Origin: an uncultured Alphaproteobacteria bacterium
Lineage (GTDB): Bacteria; Pseudomonadota; Alphaproteobacteria; HIMB59
Reading direction: 5' to 3'
NCBI GenBank assembly: GCA_902539635.1
Contig: CACBJQ010000002.1
Span: 37,295 to 101,294, forward strand
DNA length: 64,000 bases
The position numbers were made by a program, and so were the translations under genes. The notes beneath the pieces were generated by a model. It ran no database searches. It was given only the letters and a program-made list of their open reading frames with translations, and had not been told where the DNA came from. Of the stretch, positions 40,217 to 50,013 are shown one piece after another (positions within the stretch are counted from its first letter, which is position 1; the number at the start of each line of letters is the position of its first letter).

Positions 40217-42134
40217 ATTTAGACCCGTCTATTAATGATTGGACAACATTAGGGTCTGCTAATGTTGATGTGTCGCCGAGTTGTTCTTCTTCTTTTGATG
40301 CTATCTTTCGTAAGATCCTTCTCATTATTTTGCCAGATCTTGTTTTTGGAAGCCCTGGTGAGAATTGCAATTTATCAGGTGTTGCTATTGGACCTATTTT
40401 TGTCCTAATCCATTGCACAAGTTCCTTTTTTAAATCCTCGTTAACCTCAACTCCAGTATTTGTTGTAACATAAGCATAAATACCTTGGCCTTTTATATCG
40501 TGGGGGTAACCTACTACCGCCGCTTCAGAAACTAATTCGTGTTCAACAAATGCACTTTCAATCTCAGCTGTTCCAAGTAAGTGACCAGATACATTTATAC
40601 AATCATCCACTCTCCCTGTGATCCAATAAAAGCCATCCTTATCTCTACGACAGCCGTCTCCGGTAAAATATTTTCCTTTAAATTGACTAAAATAAGTATC
40701 AATAAAACGCTGGTGATCGCCATAAACTGTTCTCATTTGACCGGGCCAACTATCTAGTATGCAAAGCTTTCCTTCACACTCTCCCTCTAATATATTCCCA
40801 TTATCATCAACTATTGCTGCTTCAATTCCAAAATATGGTTGGGTTGCACTTCCTGGCTTAAGTTTTGAAATACCGGGTATTGGAGAAATTAAATGTCCAC
40901 CTGTTTCCGTTTGCCACCAAGTGTCAATAACAGGACATTTGTCTTTACCAACTATCGACGAATACCAATTCCAAGCTTCTGGATTAATTGGTTCACCCAC
41001 TGTTCCTAAAATTCTCAAAGAACTTAAATCACACTTTTCAATATAAGAATTTCCCTCTTTCATTAAAGATCTCAATACTGTTGGCGCAGTGTAGAAAATA
41101 TTAACTTTATATTTATCGCAAACCTCCCAAAAACGAGAAAAATCTGGATAGTTAGGAACGCCTTCGAACAATAATGTTTTACCACCGTTTGCAAGTGGAC
41201 CATAAACTGAATAAGAGTGTCCTGTAATCCATCCAGCATCAGCGGTGCACCAATAAATATCACCTGGATGATAGTCAAAAGAATACTTATGCGTAAATGA
41301 AGCATAAACTAAATATCCTCCAGTAGTATGAAGAACTCCTTTTGGCTTACCTGTAGAACCAGATGTATATAAAATGAAAAGAGGATCTTCTGCATTCATT
41401 GATACACATTCACATTGATCATCAACTTCTTTAACTAGTTCATCATAATAAAAATTATTATCTTTATGTAATTTGTCTTGAGTATTTGTGTATCTAATAA
41501 CAAGAGTTTTTATAGAACTATCACAACTCTCTAAAGCTGTATTAATATATTTTTTAAGCGGAATTATTTTTCCACCTCGAACACCTTCATCTGCAGTAAT
41601 TACATATTGAGATTTACAATCTTTTATACGTCCTGCAATTGATTCTGGGGCGAAGCCTCCAAAGATTACTGAATGTATTGCACCTATTCTAGCACAAGCC
41701 AACATAGCGAATGCAACTTCAGGAATCATAGTTAAATAAATTGTTACAACATCACCTTCTCGCACGCCAAGTTTCTTTAAAACATTTGCAAATTTACTTA
41801 CTTCTGATTTTAGTTCTCTATAAGTGTAAGTTTTATTTTTACTAGTATCATCTCCCTCCCAAATAACAGCTATTTCATTTGGTTGTGTTTCTGCATGTCT
41901 ATCAACACAATTATAACAAACGTTTAATTCACCATCCTCAAACCATTTTATAGATACGTCACCATCGTAGTTGGTGTTTTTAACTTTAGTGAAATCTTTA
42001 GTCCACGTCAGTTGAGATTTTGCGATTTTAGACCAGAATTGTTCTTTACTACTAAAAGACTCTGCATACATCTCTTCATATTGTTCTTTTGATAGCAGTG
42101 GATTAGATAATTTAAATTCTCTCACTTTTTTCAC
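40209..42134 (-). CDS. acs: Acetyl-CoA synthetase
   Basis: [37 protein letters not shown]. Confidence 0.98.
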   Translation of the reverse strand: MKKVREFKLSNPLLSKEQYEEMYAESFSSKEQFWSKIAKSQLTWTKDFTKVKNTNYDGDVSIKWFEDGELNVCYNCVDRHAETQPNEIAVIWEGDDTSKNKTYTYRELKSEVSKFANVLKKLGVREGDVVTIYLTMIPEVAFAMLACARIGAIHSVIFGGFAPESIAGRIKDCKSQYVITADEGVRGGKIIPLKKYINTALESCDSSIKTLVIRYTNTQDKLHKDNNFYYDELVKEVDDQCECVSMNAEDPLFILYTSGSTGKPKGVLHTTGGYLVYASFTHKYSFDYHPGDIYWCTADAGWITGHSYSVYGPLANGGKTLLFEGVPNYPDFSRFWEVCDKYKVNIFYTAPTVLRSLMKEGNSYIEKCDLSSLRILGTVGEPINPEAWNWYSSIVGKDKCPVIDTWWQTETGGHLISPIPGISKLKPGSATQPYFGIEAAIVDDNGNILEGECEGKLCILDSWPGQMRTVYGDHQRFIDTYFSQFKGKYFTGDGCRRDKDGFYWITGRVDDCINVSGHLLGTAEIESAFVEHELVSEAAVVGYPHDIKGQGIYAYVTTNTGVEVNEDLKKELVQWIRTKIGPIATPDKLQFSPGLPKTRSGKIMRRILRKIASKEEEQLGDTSTLADPNVVQSLIDGSKYI

Positions 42135-42540
42135 TCATTTTAATTAATTTCTTCCATTGCTTCAATGTTACAGGCATCACACTTAATCTGGCTTGTTTTA
42201 CAAGTGGAAAATCTTCGAAAAATGGGTCTGCTTTTATTTCTGATAAGTAAACTTCATTTAGATCTTTTACATAGGTTACGTCAACCATACCAAATATTCC
42301 TTTTTTATCTGTGTGATCTGGATAATATTCCTTTGTAACTCTGACTATTCCCTTAATGGCTTTTTCATTTACAGAGTGATAAAACAGACATTCATCTCCC
42401 TTTTTCATCTTTTTCATATTATTTGCTGCCTGGTAATTTCTAACACCGTCCCAATGTTCAGTTTTTTTCTTTTTTTGTTGATCCCATGACCAAGAACTAG
42501 GTTCTGATTTTAGAAGCCAATAATTTTTAGAAGTGTTCAT
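42112..42540 (-). CDS. EVE domain protein
   Basis: [28 protein letters not shown]. Confidence 0.96.
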   Translation of the reverse strand: MNTSKNYWLLKSEPSSWSWDQQKKKKTEHWDGVRNYQAANNMKKMKKGDECLFYHSVNEKAIKGIVRVTKEYYPDHTDKKGIFGMVDVTYVKDLNEVYLSEIKADPFFEDFPLVKQARLSVMPVTLKQWKKLIKMSEKSERI

Positions 42541-43543
42541 GTATTAATATATTAGGTGATGGTCTAACATTGTAATTATTTAACTTGGTTTTTCTAGTTC
42601 TCATATATTCGATAGCGTTCCAACCAATCATTGCAGCGTTGTCGGTACATAAAGATAAAGGCACTTGATGAAAATTAAGTTTCTTTGTTGAAATAAGTTT
42701 TTGAAGTTCAGTATTTAAATATTTATTTGCCGCTACCCCACCACAAATAGAAAAATCATTTATTTTAATATTTTCTTTTTGTATGAGTTTAATACCATTT
42801 AATATTTTAATTTCTAACACTTTAGATACAGTATGTTGAAATGAAGCAGAAAAGTCTCTCAGAAATGATTTTGTTTTTTTATTATTTTTGATGGTATTTA
42901 GCGCTGCTGTCTTTAAACCTGAAAAAGAAAAATCACAATTATTTTTCTTAGTTAAAGGCATCGGGAGTTTAAACTTCTCAATATTGCCACCTAATGCTAA
43001 GTGTTCTAATTCTGGACCACCAGGGTACCCCAACCCCAACCCTTTAGCCACTTTATCAAAACACTCACCTGCAGAGTCATCAATCGTTGATCCAAGAGTC
43101 ATAAAACTTTTTGAATTTTTAACTAATACTAATGCAGTATTTCCTCCAGAGACTAGTAGACATAAATATGGAAATTTAATTTCAGATACAAGTCGGGGCG
43201 ATAATAAATGTGCTTGCAAATGATTAATGGGAACGAGTTTAATGTTTTTAGATATTGACAAACCTTTTGCAAAAGATGATCCAACAATTAATCCACCAAT
43301 GAGCCCAGGTCCAAATGTTGCAGCTATTGCTGAAATTTTTGAAAAATTAATTTTTTTAATTGATTTACCTAATATATCTAAAATTTCTAAATGCTGTCGT
43401 GCTGCCATTTCGGGTATGACACCTCCAAGATCTTTATGAAATTTTCTATGATTAATTGTCTCAAGAAACTCAACACTTTTATCATCATTTACAATGGCTA
43501 TAGATGTATCATCACAAGAACTTTCTATTGCTAAAACTTTCAT
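42527..43543 (-). CDS. tsaD: tRNA t6A threonylcarbamoyltransferase
   Basis: IESSCDDT, GGVIPE, GPGL, HLQAH, LVSGG, DDSAGECFDK, CTDNAAMIG. Confidence 0.97.
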   Translation of the reverse strand: MKVLAIESSCDDTSIAIVNDDKSVEFLETINHRKFHKDLGGVIPEMAARQHLEILDILGKSIKKINFSKISAIAATFGPGLIGGLIVGSSFAKGLSISKNIKLVPINHLQAHLLSPRLVSEIKFPYLCLLVSGGNTALVLVKNSKSFMTLGSTIDDSAGECFDKVAKGLGLGYPGGPELEHLALGGNIEKFKLPMPLTKKNNCDFSFSGLKTAALNTIKNNKKTKSFLRDFSASFQHTVSKVLEIKILNGIKLIQKENIKINDFSICGGVAANKYLNTELQKLISTKKLNFHQVPLSLCTDNAAMIGWNAIEYMRTRKTKLNNYNVRPSPNILIHEHF

Positions 43544-43572
43544 TATTATAAAAAAATATAGATTCTTATTGA

Positions 43573-44370
43573 ATGTCTGAAAATCAAAAAAATGACAGTA
43601 AAAAAAGTTTTCTACAACGAAATCTTTTCCTCATAATAATATTTTTAATCATTATTACTGTAGCAGGAGGTTACTTGTATCGAAATAACCTTTTAATATT
43701 TGATGAGGCTCATTTCAGTAAATTAAATCAAGAAAATCAATCACCAAATGTTCAAAAAGATATAACTTCTACTAATGATTTAAATAACAAAGAACTGGAA
43801 GATAAAGTAGATCGTCTTGAGTCTCTGATACTAGAGTTAGCAAAAAATGTTCAAGAAATACCTCAAAATAACATTGTTCAGCCAGTGCAAGAGCCACAAC
43901 AAATTACTTTATCCAATGATGAGGCATATGAATTAATTTTATCCATAAATCAGATTATAGTTAACATTGATCAGCAACAAATTCGAAATAAAAATATTCA
44001 AAAACTCCAAAATCAATATTTATTTTTTAATGAAGAAAAATTTAAAGAACTACTCACTATTCCAGATTATACATATTCATTACAGCAATTACAGATTAAT
44101 GAAAATAAATATGTACAAAATATGTTTATGAAACAAAATAATTTTCAATGGCTTAAAAGAATTATTGAAAATATATTTGAAATTCAAATAACAAAAAATT
44201 CACTAGAACCCTTACCATCATTTATTGATGCGATGTACAATCGACAATATACAAAGGCAATAATTGAATATGAGAAATTAAATCCTAATCAAAAAATATT
44301 TTTTAAATCTTCTTATGAATTAGCCCAAATCTATAATGATAACCAAATTTTTCTAGAGAATATGATTTAA
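43573..44370 (+). CDS. Membrane-anchored coiled-coil protein, probable reduced Mic60/mitofilin (COG4223/HemX-like)
   Basis: Single N-terminal TM plus coiled coil; lies divergent from tsaD and directly before a HemY_N-like gene, the usual slot. Confidence 0.5.
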   Translation: MSENQKNDSKKSFLQRNLFLIIIFLIIITVAGGYLYRNNLLIFDEAHFSKLNQENQSPNVQKDITSTNDLNNKELEDKVDRLESLILELAKNVQEIPQNNIVQPVQEPQQITLSNDEAYELILSINQIIVNIDQQQIRNKNIQKLQNQYLFFNEEKFKELLTIPDYTYSLQQLQINENKYVQNMFMKQNNFQWLKRIIENIFEIQITKNSLEPLPSFIDAMYNRQYTKAIIEYEKLNPNQKIFFKSSYELAQIYNDNQIFLENMI

Positions 44371-44801
44371 TGATAAGGCTACTAATAATTTTAATAATTT
44401 TTATAAGTGGTTACGGCGCTCTTTTTTATCTATTTAACAATGCTGGCAATCTTTCACTCGTTTTAGGCATTTGGCAATTGAGCATCCCTATTGTTCAATT
44501 CCTTTTTGTCCTAATTACATTTCTTATTCTTTTAATTTTATTTTCTTATGCTTTTACAAAGCTTTTTATTTATCCACGAGCTGCATATATGCGCTACAAA
44601 TCTTCAAATGAGCAAAAAGGTCTTGAACACTTAAGAGAGACATTAGTTGCAATAACTGAAGGCAACACAGATAAAGCTACACAAAGTCAGAAAAAATTTA
44701 AAAAATACTTAGGTAAAGATCCTTTAAACAAAATATTACAAACGCAAATTAAAAAAACAAAGGATTTAAAAATAGTAAACGTTGAAAAAGGTTCTGATTA
44801 A
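44370..44801 (+). CDS. Truncated HemY N-terminal domain membrane protein
   Basis: Two TMs around NNAGNLSL.LG.WQL, then KGLEHL...LVAITEGN...A, the HemY_N pattern; no TPR tail. Confidence 0.7.
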   Translation: MIRLLIILIIFISGYGALFYLFNNAGNLSLVLGIWQLSIPIVQFLFVLITFLILLILFSYAFTKLFIYPRAAYMRYKSSNEQKGLEHLRETLVAITEGNTDKATQSQKKFKKYLGKDPLNKILQTQIKKTKDLKIVNVEKGSD

Positions 44802-45682
44802 TTTAAAAAAATTACTCCTGCCCCAAAACAAGTTAGAGTAGCGCCTATTACTGCTAGATGCCCTGCATAATTTTTAGTAACGATCCATAATATCGGTATT
44901 ATCATAATTGGCATTGTGCTTGATAAAGTTGAAATAATTCCAGGATCTCCATTTTTAAGAGCAATTATTAACATAGTCATTCCAACACCCATTCCCATAA
45001 AACCCAAAAAAATACTATAAAAAGTTTTTTTAACATCTTTCATTCTTTCAAAGAGATTATTATTTTTCAGAAATCCTAAACTAAAAAACATCAATATCGC
45101 TGCTATTAAAACTCTTATATAAGACACAATTATAGGGTCTGTCACCTCAAGTGCAGGTTTCATAAGAATAATTCCAATAGCTTGACACAGTGCTAGACCA
45201 ACACCAGCAATCAGTCCTATATATTTGTTTCCTTGTATGTTTTCTAAGTCATCATCAGGAATTGTTCGATTAAATTGTATTGCAACTATGATACCAAAAA
45301 AGATCAAAAAGCATCCAAAGAGTTCGATCATAGAAGGAAGTGTTTGTAAAAAAATTTCTGCTAAAACAATAGTAAAAGGTATTTGTAAAGAAAATAATAA
45401 AGCTTGCCTTCTAGGCCCAAGTCTTTTTAGGCAAACAAATAAAAATGTGTCTCCTATTATAATGCCAATTACCGAAGATAAAAATATTGCTATAAATATT
45501 GGTTTATTAAAATAAATTGGATCCCAATTTACTACAATGTAGGGTAAGAAGAGAACTACTATTCCTATTAATCTTAAAAGATTATAATTATAACTTCCAA
45601 AATATCTGACAATTCTAGTTGCTGATAAAGCAACCATAGACCACGTAGCTGCAGCACCAATTGCTAAGATGTATCCAATCAC
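44798..45682 (-). CDS. DMT/EamA family transporter
   Basis: About 10 TMs in two EamA repeats (GIIIGD...LGPRR; STLSSTMP). Confidence 0.92.
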   Translation of the reverse strand: MIGYILAIGAAATWSMVALSATRIVRYFGSYNYNLLRLIGIVVLFLPYIVVNWDPIYFNKPIFIAIFLSSVIGIIIGDTFLFVCLKRLGPRRQALLFSLQIPFTIVLAEIFLQTLPSMIELFGCFLIFFGIIVAIQFNRTIPDDDLENIQGNKYIGLIAGVGLALCQAIGIILMKPALEVTDPIIVSYIRVLIAAILMFFSLGFLKNNNLFERMKDVKKTFYSIFLGFMGMGVGMTMLIIALKNGDPGIISTLSSTMPIMIIPILWIVTKNYAGHLAVIGATLTCFGAGVIFLN

Positions 45683-45728
45683 GCGAGGATCTTAATGTCT
45701 AAATAAAAAAATGATATGTTAAACTAGT

Positions 45729-45757
45729 AAAAAAAAAGGGGCCAATAATGACCCCTT
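45729..45757 (-). terminator. Intrinsic terminator of the Bax inhibitor-1 gene
   Basis: Minus strand AAGGGGTCA-TTAT-TGGCCCCTT followed by a T run. Confidence 0.85.
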
Positions 45758-45778
45758 ATAATTAAATTTGAAATTTAT

Positions 45779-46486
45779 TTATCTTCTTTGACCAAATAAT
45801 TGCATCAACATTATGAATAGGTTTATAAAGTCTAAGTATAACGTAAGTGCACCCATGATGGCAGCTTTTCCTGCAAAAGCAGTTCCAGCAACTTGATAAT
45901 AAGTTGATTTAATTCTTTGAGTATCGTAAGCAGTTAAACCCACAAACACTAAAACACCCACACAAGAAATTACAAATTGCATCGCTGAACTCTGTAAAAA
46001 TATATTTACAATACTAGCAATAATAATTCCAATGAGCCCCATTATAAGAAATGAACCAAACTTGGTTAAATCTCTTTTAGTTGCATATCCATAGATGCTC
46101 ATCGCAGCAAATGTACAGCTTGTGATTAAAAATACTCTAACTATGCTGACACCGGTGAAAACTATGAATATATAAGACAGTGAAATTCCCATCACAGCAG
46201 CGAAAGCCCAAAATGTCATTTGAGCTGCAGAGGTAGACATTTTTTGTAATCTTGCACCTAAAAAGAAAATAAATCCAAGTGGAGCGAGCATTACAACCCA
46301 TTGAAGTGCTGTGCCATAAATAGCCCCCATTAAAGTAGGAGACTGAGAAAATCCCCATGCCACTAAACCACTTATCGCTAAACCAGAGGTCATGTAATTA
46401 TAGACTTTCATCATATAATCTCTTAAGCCCTGATCTATAACTGTAGATTGTGACTGCGAATATGTATTTTGTTTTAATTCGACCAT
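45779..46486 (-). CDS. Bax inhibitor-1/YccA family membrane protein
   Basis: DQGLRDYM.KVYNYM, YGYATKRDL, TAYDTQRIK, ALTLYLDFINLF. Confidence 0.96.
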   Translation of the reverse strand: MVELKQNTYSQSQSTVIDQGLRDYMMKVYNYMTSGLAISGLVAWGFSQSPTLMGAIYGTALQWVVMLAPLGFIFFLGARLQKMSTSAAQMTFWAFAAVMGISLSYIFIVFTGVSIVRVFLITSCTFAAMSIYGYATKRDLTKFGSFLIMGLIGIIIASIVNIFLQSSAMQFVISCVGVLVFVGLTAYDTQRIKSTYYQVAGTAFAGKAAIMGALTLYLDFINLFIMLMQLFGQRR

Positions 46487-46508
46487 TATTTCTCCTTAAT
46501 TATTTTTA

Positions 46509-46551
46509 ATATGGCTATTATCTTGATATTTTTCAAGTAAAACCGTATGAA
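46509..46551. promoter_or_regulatory. Overlapping divergent promoters: RpoH-like (minus, yccA) and sigma-70-like (plus, aldo/keto reductase)
   Basis: Minus CTTGAA-N16-GCCATAT; plus TTGATA-N17-TATGAA; the two -35 boxes form the inverted repeat CTTGA-N6-TCAAG at 46522-46537. Confidence 0.45.
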
Positions 46552-46557
46552 TCTTTT

Positions 46558-47595
46558 ATGAAATTCAAACCTTTAGGAAACACTGACCTTCAAGTTAGCC
46601 TTATTTGCCTTGGTACAATGACCTGGGGAGAGCAAAACACAGAAAATGAGGCATTTGAGCAAATGGATTATTCTATGGAAAAAGGAGTCAATTTCTTTGA
46701 TACAGCAGAGTACTATTCAGTTAAGGGAAAAGAAAAAACATATGGTGCCACTGAAAAAATAATTGGTAATTGGTTTAAACAGAAAAATAATAGAGAGAAA
46801 GTAATATTAGCGTCAAAGGTCGCTGGTCCTGATGTAAGATGGATTAGAGGTGGTGGCCTACAATTTAATGAAAAACATTTCACCGAAGCATTAGAGGGAA
46901 GTCTTCAAAGATTACAAACAGATTACATTGATCTTTATCAACTACATTGGCCAGAGAGAAAAACAAATTTTTTTGGGAGACTGGGATATAAAAATTATAA
47001 AGAAGAAAAAGAATGGACTCCCTTTGAAGAAATTTTAGAGACAGCAAAAAAATTTATTGATCAAGGCAAGATTAGATATCTAGGCTTATCTAATGAAACT
47101 CCTTATGGCTTATCCAATTACATCAACTTGTCTAAATATAAAAACTTACCAAGAGTCATGTCTGTTCAAAATCCATATAGTCTATTAAACAGGACATATG
47201 AAGTAGGTATGTCTGAAATATCTATTAGAGACCAGGTAGGTTTGTTAGCTTATTCTCCTTTAGCTTGTGGTGTGTTAACTGGAAAATACAGAAACTCCAA
47301 AAAACCAGATGGTGCTCGTTTAACAATTTGGGAAGATTGGACAAGGTACACCAATGAGAGATCAATTGTTGCTACAGAGCAATACTGTAAAATTGCAGAG
47401 GATAATGGGCTAACCCCTACTGAACTATCACTTGCATTTGTTAATCAACAAGACTTTGTTACAAGTAATATTATTGGTGCAACAAAAATGGATCAGCTGA
47501 AAGAAAATATAAACTCAGTAGATATAGAATTATCAAAAGAAATAATTGATGAAATTAATGATGTGCATGAAAACAATCCATCACCAGCACCTTAA
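46558..47595 (+). CDS. tas: NADP(H)-dependent aldo/keto reductase (Tas-like)
   Basis: CLGTMTWGEQN, DTAEYY, DLYQLHWP, GLSNET, QNPYSLLNR, AYSPL. Confidence 0.92.
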   Translation: MKFKPLGNTDLQVSLICLGTMTWGEQNTENEAFEQMDYSMEKGVNFFDTAEYYSVKGKEKTYGATEKIIGNWFKQKNNREKVILASKVAGPDVRWIRGGGLQFNEKHFTEALEGSLQRLQTDYIDLYQLHWPERKTNFFGRLGYKNYKEEKEWTPFEEILETAKKFIDQGKIRYLGLSNETPYGLSNYINLSKYKNLPRVMSVQNPYSLLNRTYEVGMSEISIRDQVGLLAYSPLACGVLTGKYRNSKKPDGARLTIWEDWTRYTNERSIVATEQYCKIAEDNGLTPTELSLAFVNQQDFVTSNIIGATKMDQLKENINSVDIELSKEIIDEINDVHENNPSPAP

Positions 47596-47598
47596 GCT

Positions 47599-47841
47599 AT
47601 GACTGATTGGCCAAAAGATAATAAGGGTAGATTAATAAAAACTTTTGAATTTAAAAATTACAGAAAAAGCTTTGCCTTTACTAGCCAAGTGGCGATGTTA
47701 TCTGAGAAAAAAAATCATCATCCCCAAATTATTTTAGATTATGGGACTGTTACCATTTCTCTTATTTCTCACGATGTTCAGAAAGTTACCCAAAGAGATC
47801 TAGATTTAGCAGAGCAAATCGATAAACTTTATCAGGAATGA
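47599..47841 (+). CDS. Pterin-4-alpha-carbinolamine dehydratase
   Basis: FEFKNY, NHHP, SHDV, RDLDLA. Confidence 0.92.
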   Translation: MTDWPKDNKGRLIKTFEFKNYRKSFAFTSQVAMLSEKKNHHPQIILDYGTVTISLISHDVQKVTQRDLDLAEQIDKLYQE

Positions 47842-48236
47842 TTTACCTTATAGGTATTCCTGGTTTAATTCCTTTTTATCTTTGTTTTTACAATATTGAT
47901 TTAATATTTCTTGATTTTGATAAAGATATGTTCGTTTATTACTCTGCAGTCATAATGTCATTTTTAGGTGCCGTTTATTGGGGCGTTTATCTTCAATCAA
48001 AAAATAATATTGCAATTTTATTTAGTGTTTGCCCTGCTGTTTATGCATTTTTGGTTTTAGCATTTGATTTAAAATTTGATGAAACTATTGGTTTTTTTAT
48101 AGCAGGTTACTTCGTAGTATTATGCTTTGATTTCTTTTTTTATTTTAAAGAAAAAATAATTCAAACCGATTATTTCATTTTGAGATTAATACTTACTGCA
48201 GGAATTGCTCCCGCTCATATTCTATATATTTTATAA
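47838..48236 (+). CDS. DUF3429-like membrane protein
   Basis: GLIPF...YSAVIMSFLGAVYWG...LRLILT. Confidence 0.75.
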   Translation: MIYLIGIPGLIPFYLCFYNIDLIFLDFDKDMFVYYSAVIMSFLGAVYWGVYLQSKNNIAILFSVCPAVYAFLVLAFDLKFDETIGFFIAGYFVVLCFDFFFYFKEKIIQTDYFILRLILTAGIAPAHILYIL

Positions 48237-48242
48237 TTAAAA

Positions 48243-48857
48243 TTAGTTAGCGATTAAATTTAATAACTTACCAAACTTACCAGAGAATTTAATTTTGCCG
48301 TGTGTGTAAGCTAATCCGATACAACCGGTTTGGGCATTACCAATAGGAGTATGATTGTGGTCGTCACTTCTTACTTGAACAGATCCTTGCTTATAATTTC
48401 CATACTCATCACTATAAGAGCCGTGTAAAACTAAAAAACTTTCATTGCCTTCGTGTGTGTGCTGAGGAATTTTAGCACCGGGCATTACATGGATGAGTTC
48501 TAGTTTTTCATTATTTTCCTTTGGAAGTATAGAAGCAACCTTCACATCTTTAAAAGATTTCCATTTAATTTTTTTATTTTTTAAATGGGACTTTAAAGTG
48601 AATGGTAGTTGACTTAACAAAGGATCATGCTCTTCGTTATTTTGAGTTGCTGACTTTTCTTTGTCAGTTTGTTCTAAAACTTTATTCCATAAGTCTTTAG
48701 ACAAAGGGGATGTTTCAACTTTTTCTAAAAAATATCCGCCTACCTCATTCATCGCAGAGTTGAGCGATCTATTTTCAGGATCAACTTCAGCTAAACACTG
48801 CTGGAAAATAAGACTGGCAGGTGAATTTACTGGTGTGCTAAGAATTTCGAATGTCAT
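48243..48857 (-). CDS. chrR: ChrR-family anti-sigma factor with cupin domain (atypical N-terminus)
   Basis: Coupled to the ECF sigma gene by a TGATG overlap; cupin IPQHTHEGNE...GSYSDE...HTP...C. Confidence 0.85.
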   Translation of the reverse strand: MTFEILSTPVNSPASLIFQQCLAEVDPENRSLNSAMNEVGGYFLEKVETSPLSKDLWNKVLEQTDKEKSATQNNEEHDPLLSQLPFTLKSHLKNKKIKWKSFKDVKVASILPKENNEKLELIHVMPGAKIPQHTHEGNESFLVLHGSYSDEYGNYKQGSVQVRSDDHNHTPIGNAQTGCIGLAYTHGKIKFSGKFGKLLNLIAN

Positions 48858-49465
48858 CAGTTAACCATACTTCCACTGTCATTATTTAGATTAATCATAG
48901 TGCCGTCTTGTTCTAATTTGCCGCGGATCTTTTCTAAAGCTAGACGAATTCTTGATTTTACGGTGCCTAAAGGGATTTTGGTTATCTCAGCTATTTCACC
49001 ATGTGATTTTTCCTCAAAGAAATTCATTTTTAGCAGATCTAGTTGATCTTTTGGAAGATCATCTAAATATTGTGCCACCATTTCAAATTTTTGGTCATGT
49101 TCGATATTTTCATCTGCTTTAGACTCAACGGGAGGTAAAATGGCAGTCTCAATGTCCTCCAAGATCGCTTTTCTAGTTTTTCTTAAAATATCAATTTTCT
49201 TGTTACGAGCGATAGTATAAATCCAGGTGCTTGGTGAAGCAACTGAAGGGTCATAGTAATCAGCTTTGGTCCAAATAATTGTCATGGTTTCTTGTATGAT
49301 TTCCTCTGCAATGGCGTCATCCGCGCCTGACTTCATCAAAAAAGACTTTAGCCTTGGACCAAAATAATCAAAAATTTTCTTAAAACTCCCAATATCCTGC
49401 CTTTCAGCAATATTCTTAAGTGCCTCCACAAAGGGATTTTTAACTTTAACCATCAATCTCTCCAT
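48857..49465 (-). CDS. rpoE: ECF sigma factor, RpoE-ChrR type
   Basis: FDYFGPRLKSF, AEEIIQE, STWIYTIARNKKID, IPLGTVKSRIRLAL; next to chrR. Confidence 0.9.
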   Translation of the reverse strand: MERLMVKVKNPFVEALKNIAERQDIGSFKKIFDYFGPRLKSFLMKSGADDAIAEEIIQETMTIIWTKADYYDPSVASPSTWIYTIARNKKIDILRKTRKAILEDIETAILPPVESKADENIEHDQKFEMVAQYLDDLPKDQLDLLKMNFFEEKSHGEIAEITKIPLGTVKSRIRLALEKIRGKLEQDGTMINLNNDSGSMVN

Positions 49466-49532
49466 TTATATCTTTCCATTTATTATTTTAAAAATCAATC
49501 TTAATTGGTATATTCTCTGACATTAAATCAGC

Positions 49533-50009
49533 ATGTTTAAACAAAAATTATTATACTTAACTTTATGCTTATGTTTTTTAATAAGTAATTTGTTTGCCAG
49601 TCATTCCATTGACTTTGAGCATGGCAAGTGGTCCTTTAAACAAATAAACAATAAAACATGTTCAATTTTTCAGGTACCGACTTCAGAAAACGGCGACTAC
49701 ACAAATAGAGGAGCAGTAATTTTTTATGTATTTAAAGAAGGTGCTGCTGAATACGTTAGAATAGATGCTGGCTATCCATATGACTCACAAAAATATGTTA
49801 AAGTCACAATTGATTCAAAAAATTATCAATTTTTTGGAGAAGACGACTCTGCTTGGTCGATGGCAGATGACACTGTCATCATTAAAGCTTTAAAAGCTGG
49901 AAAAAAAATGACAGTTGTCGGGTATTCAAAAAGAGGCACAGAGACAACAGATACTTATACGTTAATAGGTTTCACTAACGCATATAATTCTCTTCAACAA
50001 GACTGTTAA
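49533..50009 (+). CDS. Invasion-associated locus B (IalB)-like periplasmic protein
   Basis: Signal peptide; GKW...[27 protein letters not shown]...C. Confidence 0.85.
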   Translation: MFKQKLLYLTLCLCFLISNLFASHSIDFEHGKWSFKQINNKTCSIFQVPTSENGDYTNRGAVIFYVFKEGAAEYVRIDAGYPYDSQKYVKVTIDSKNYQFFGEDDSAWSMADDTVIIKALKAGKKMTVVGYSKRGTETTDTYTLIGFTNAYNSLQQDC

Positions 50010-50013
50010 GAAA

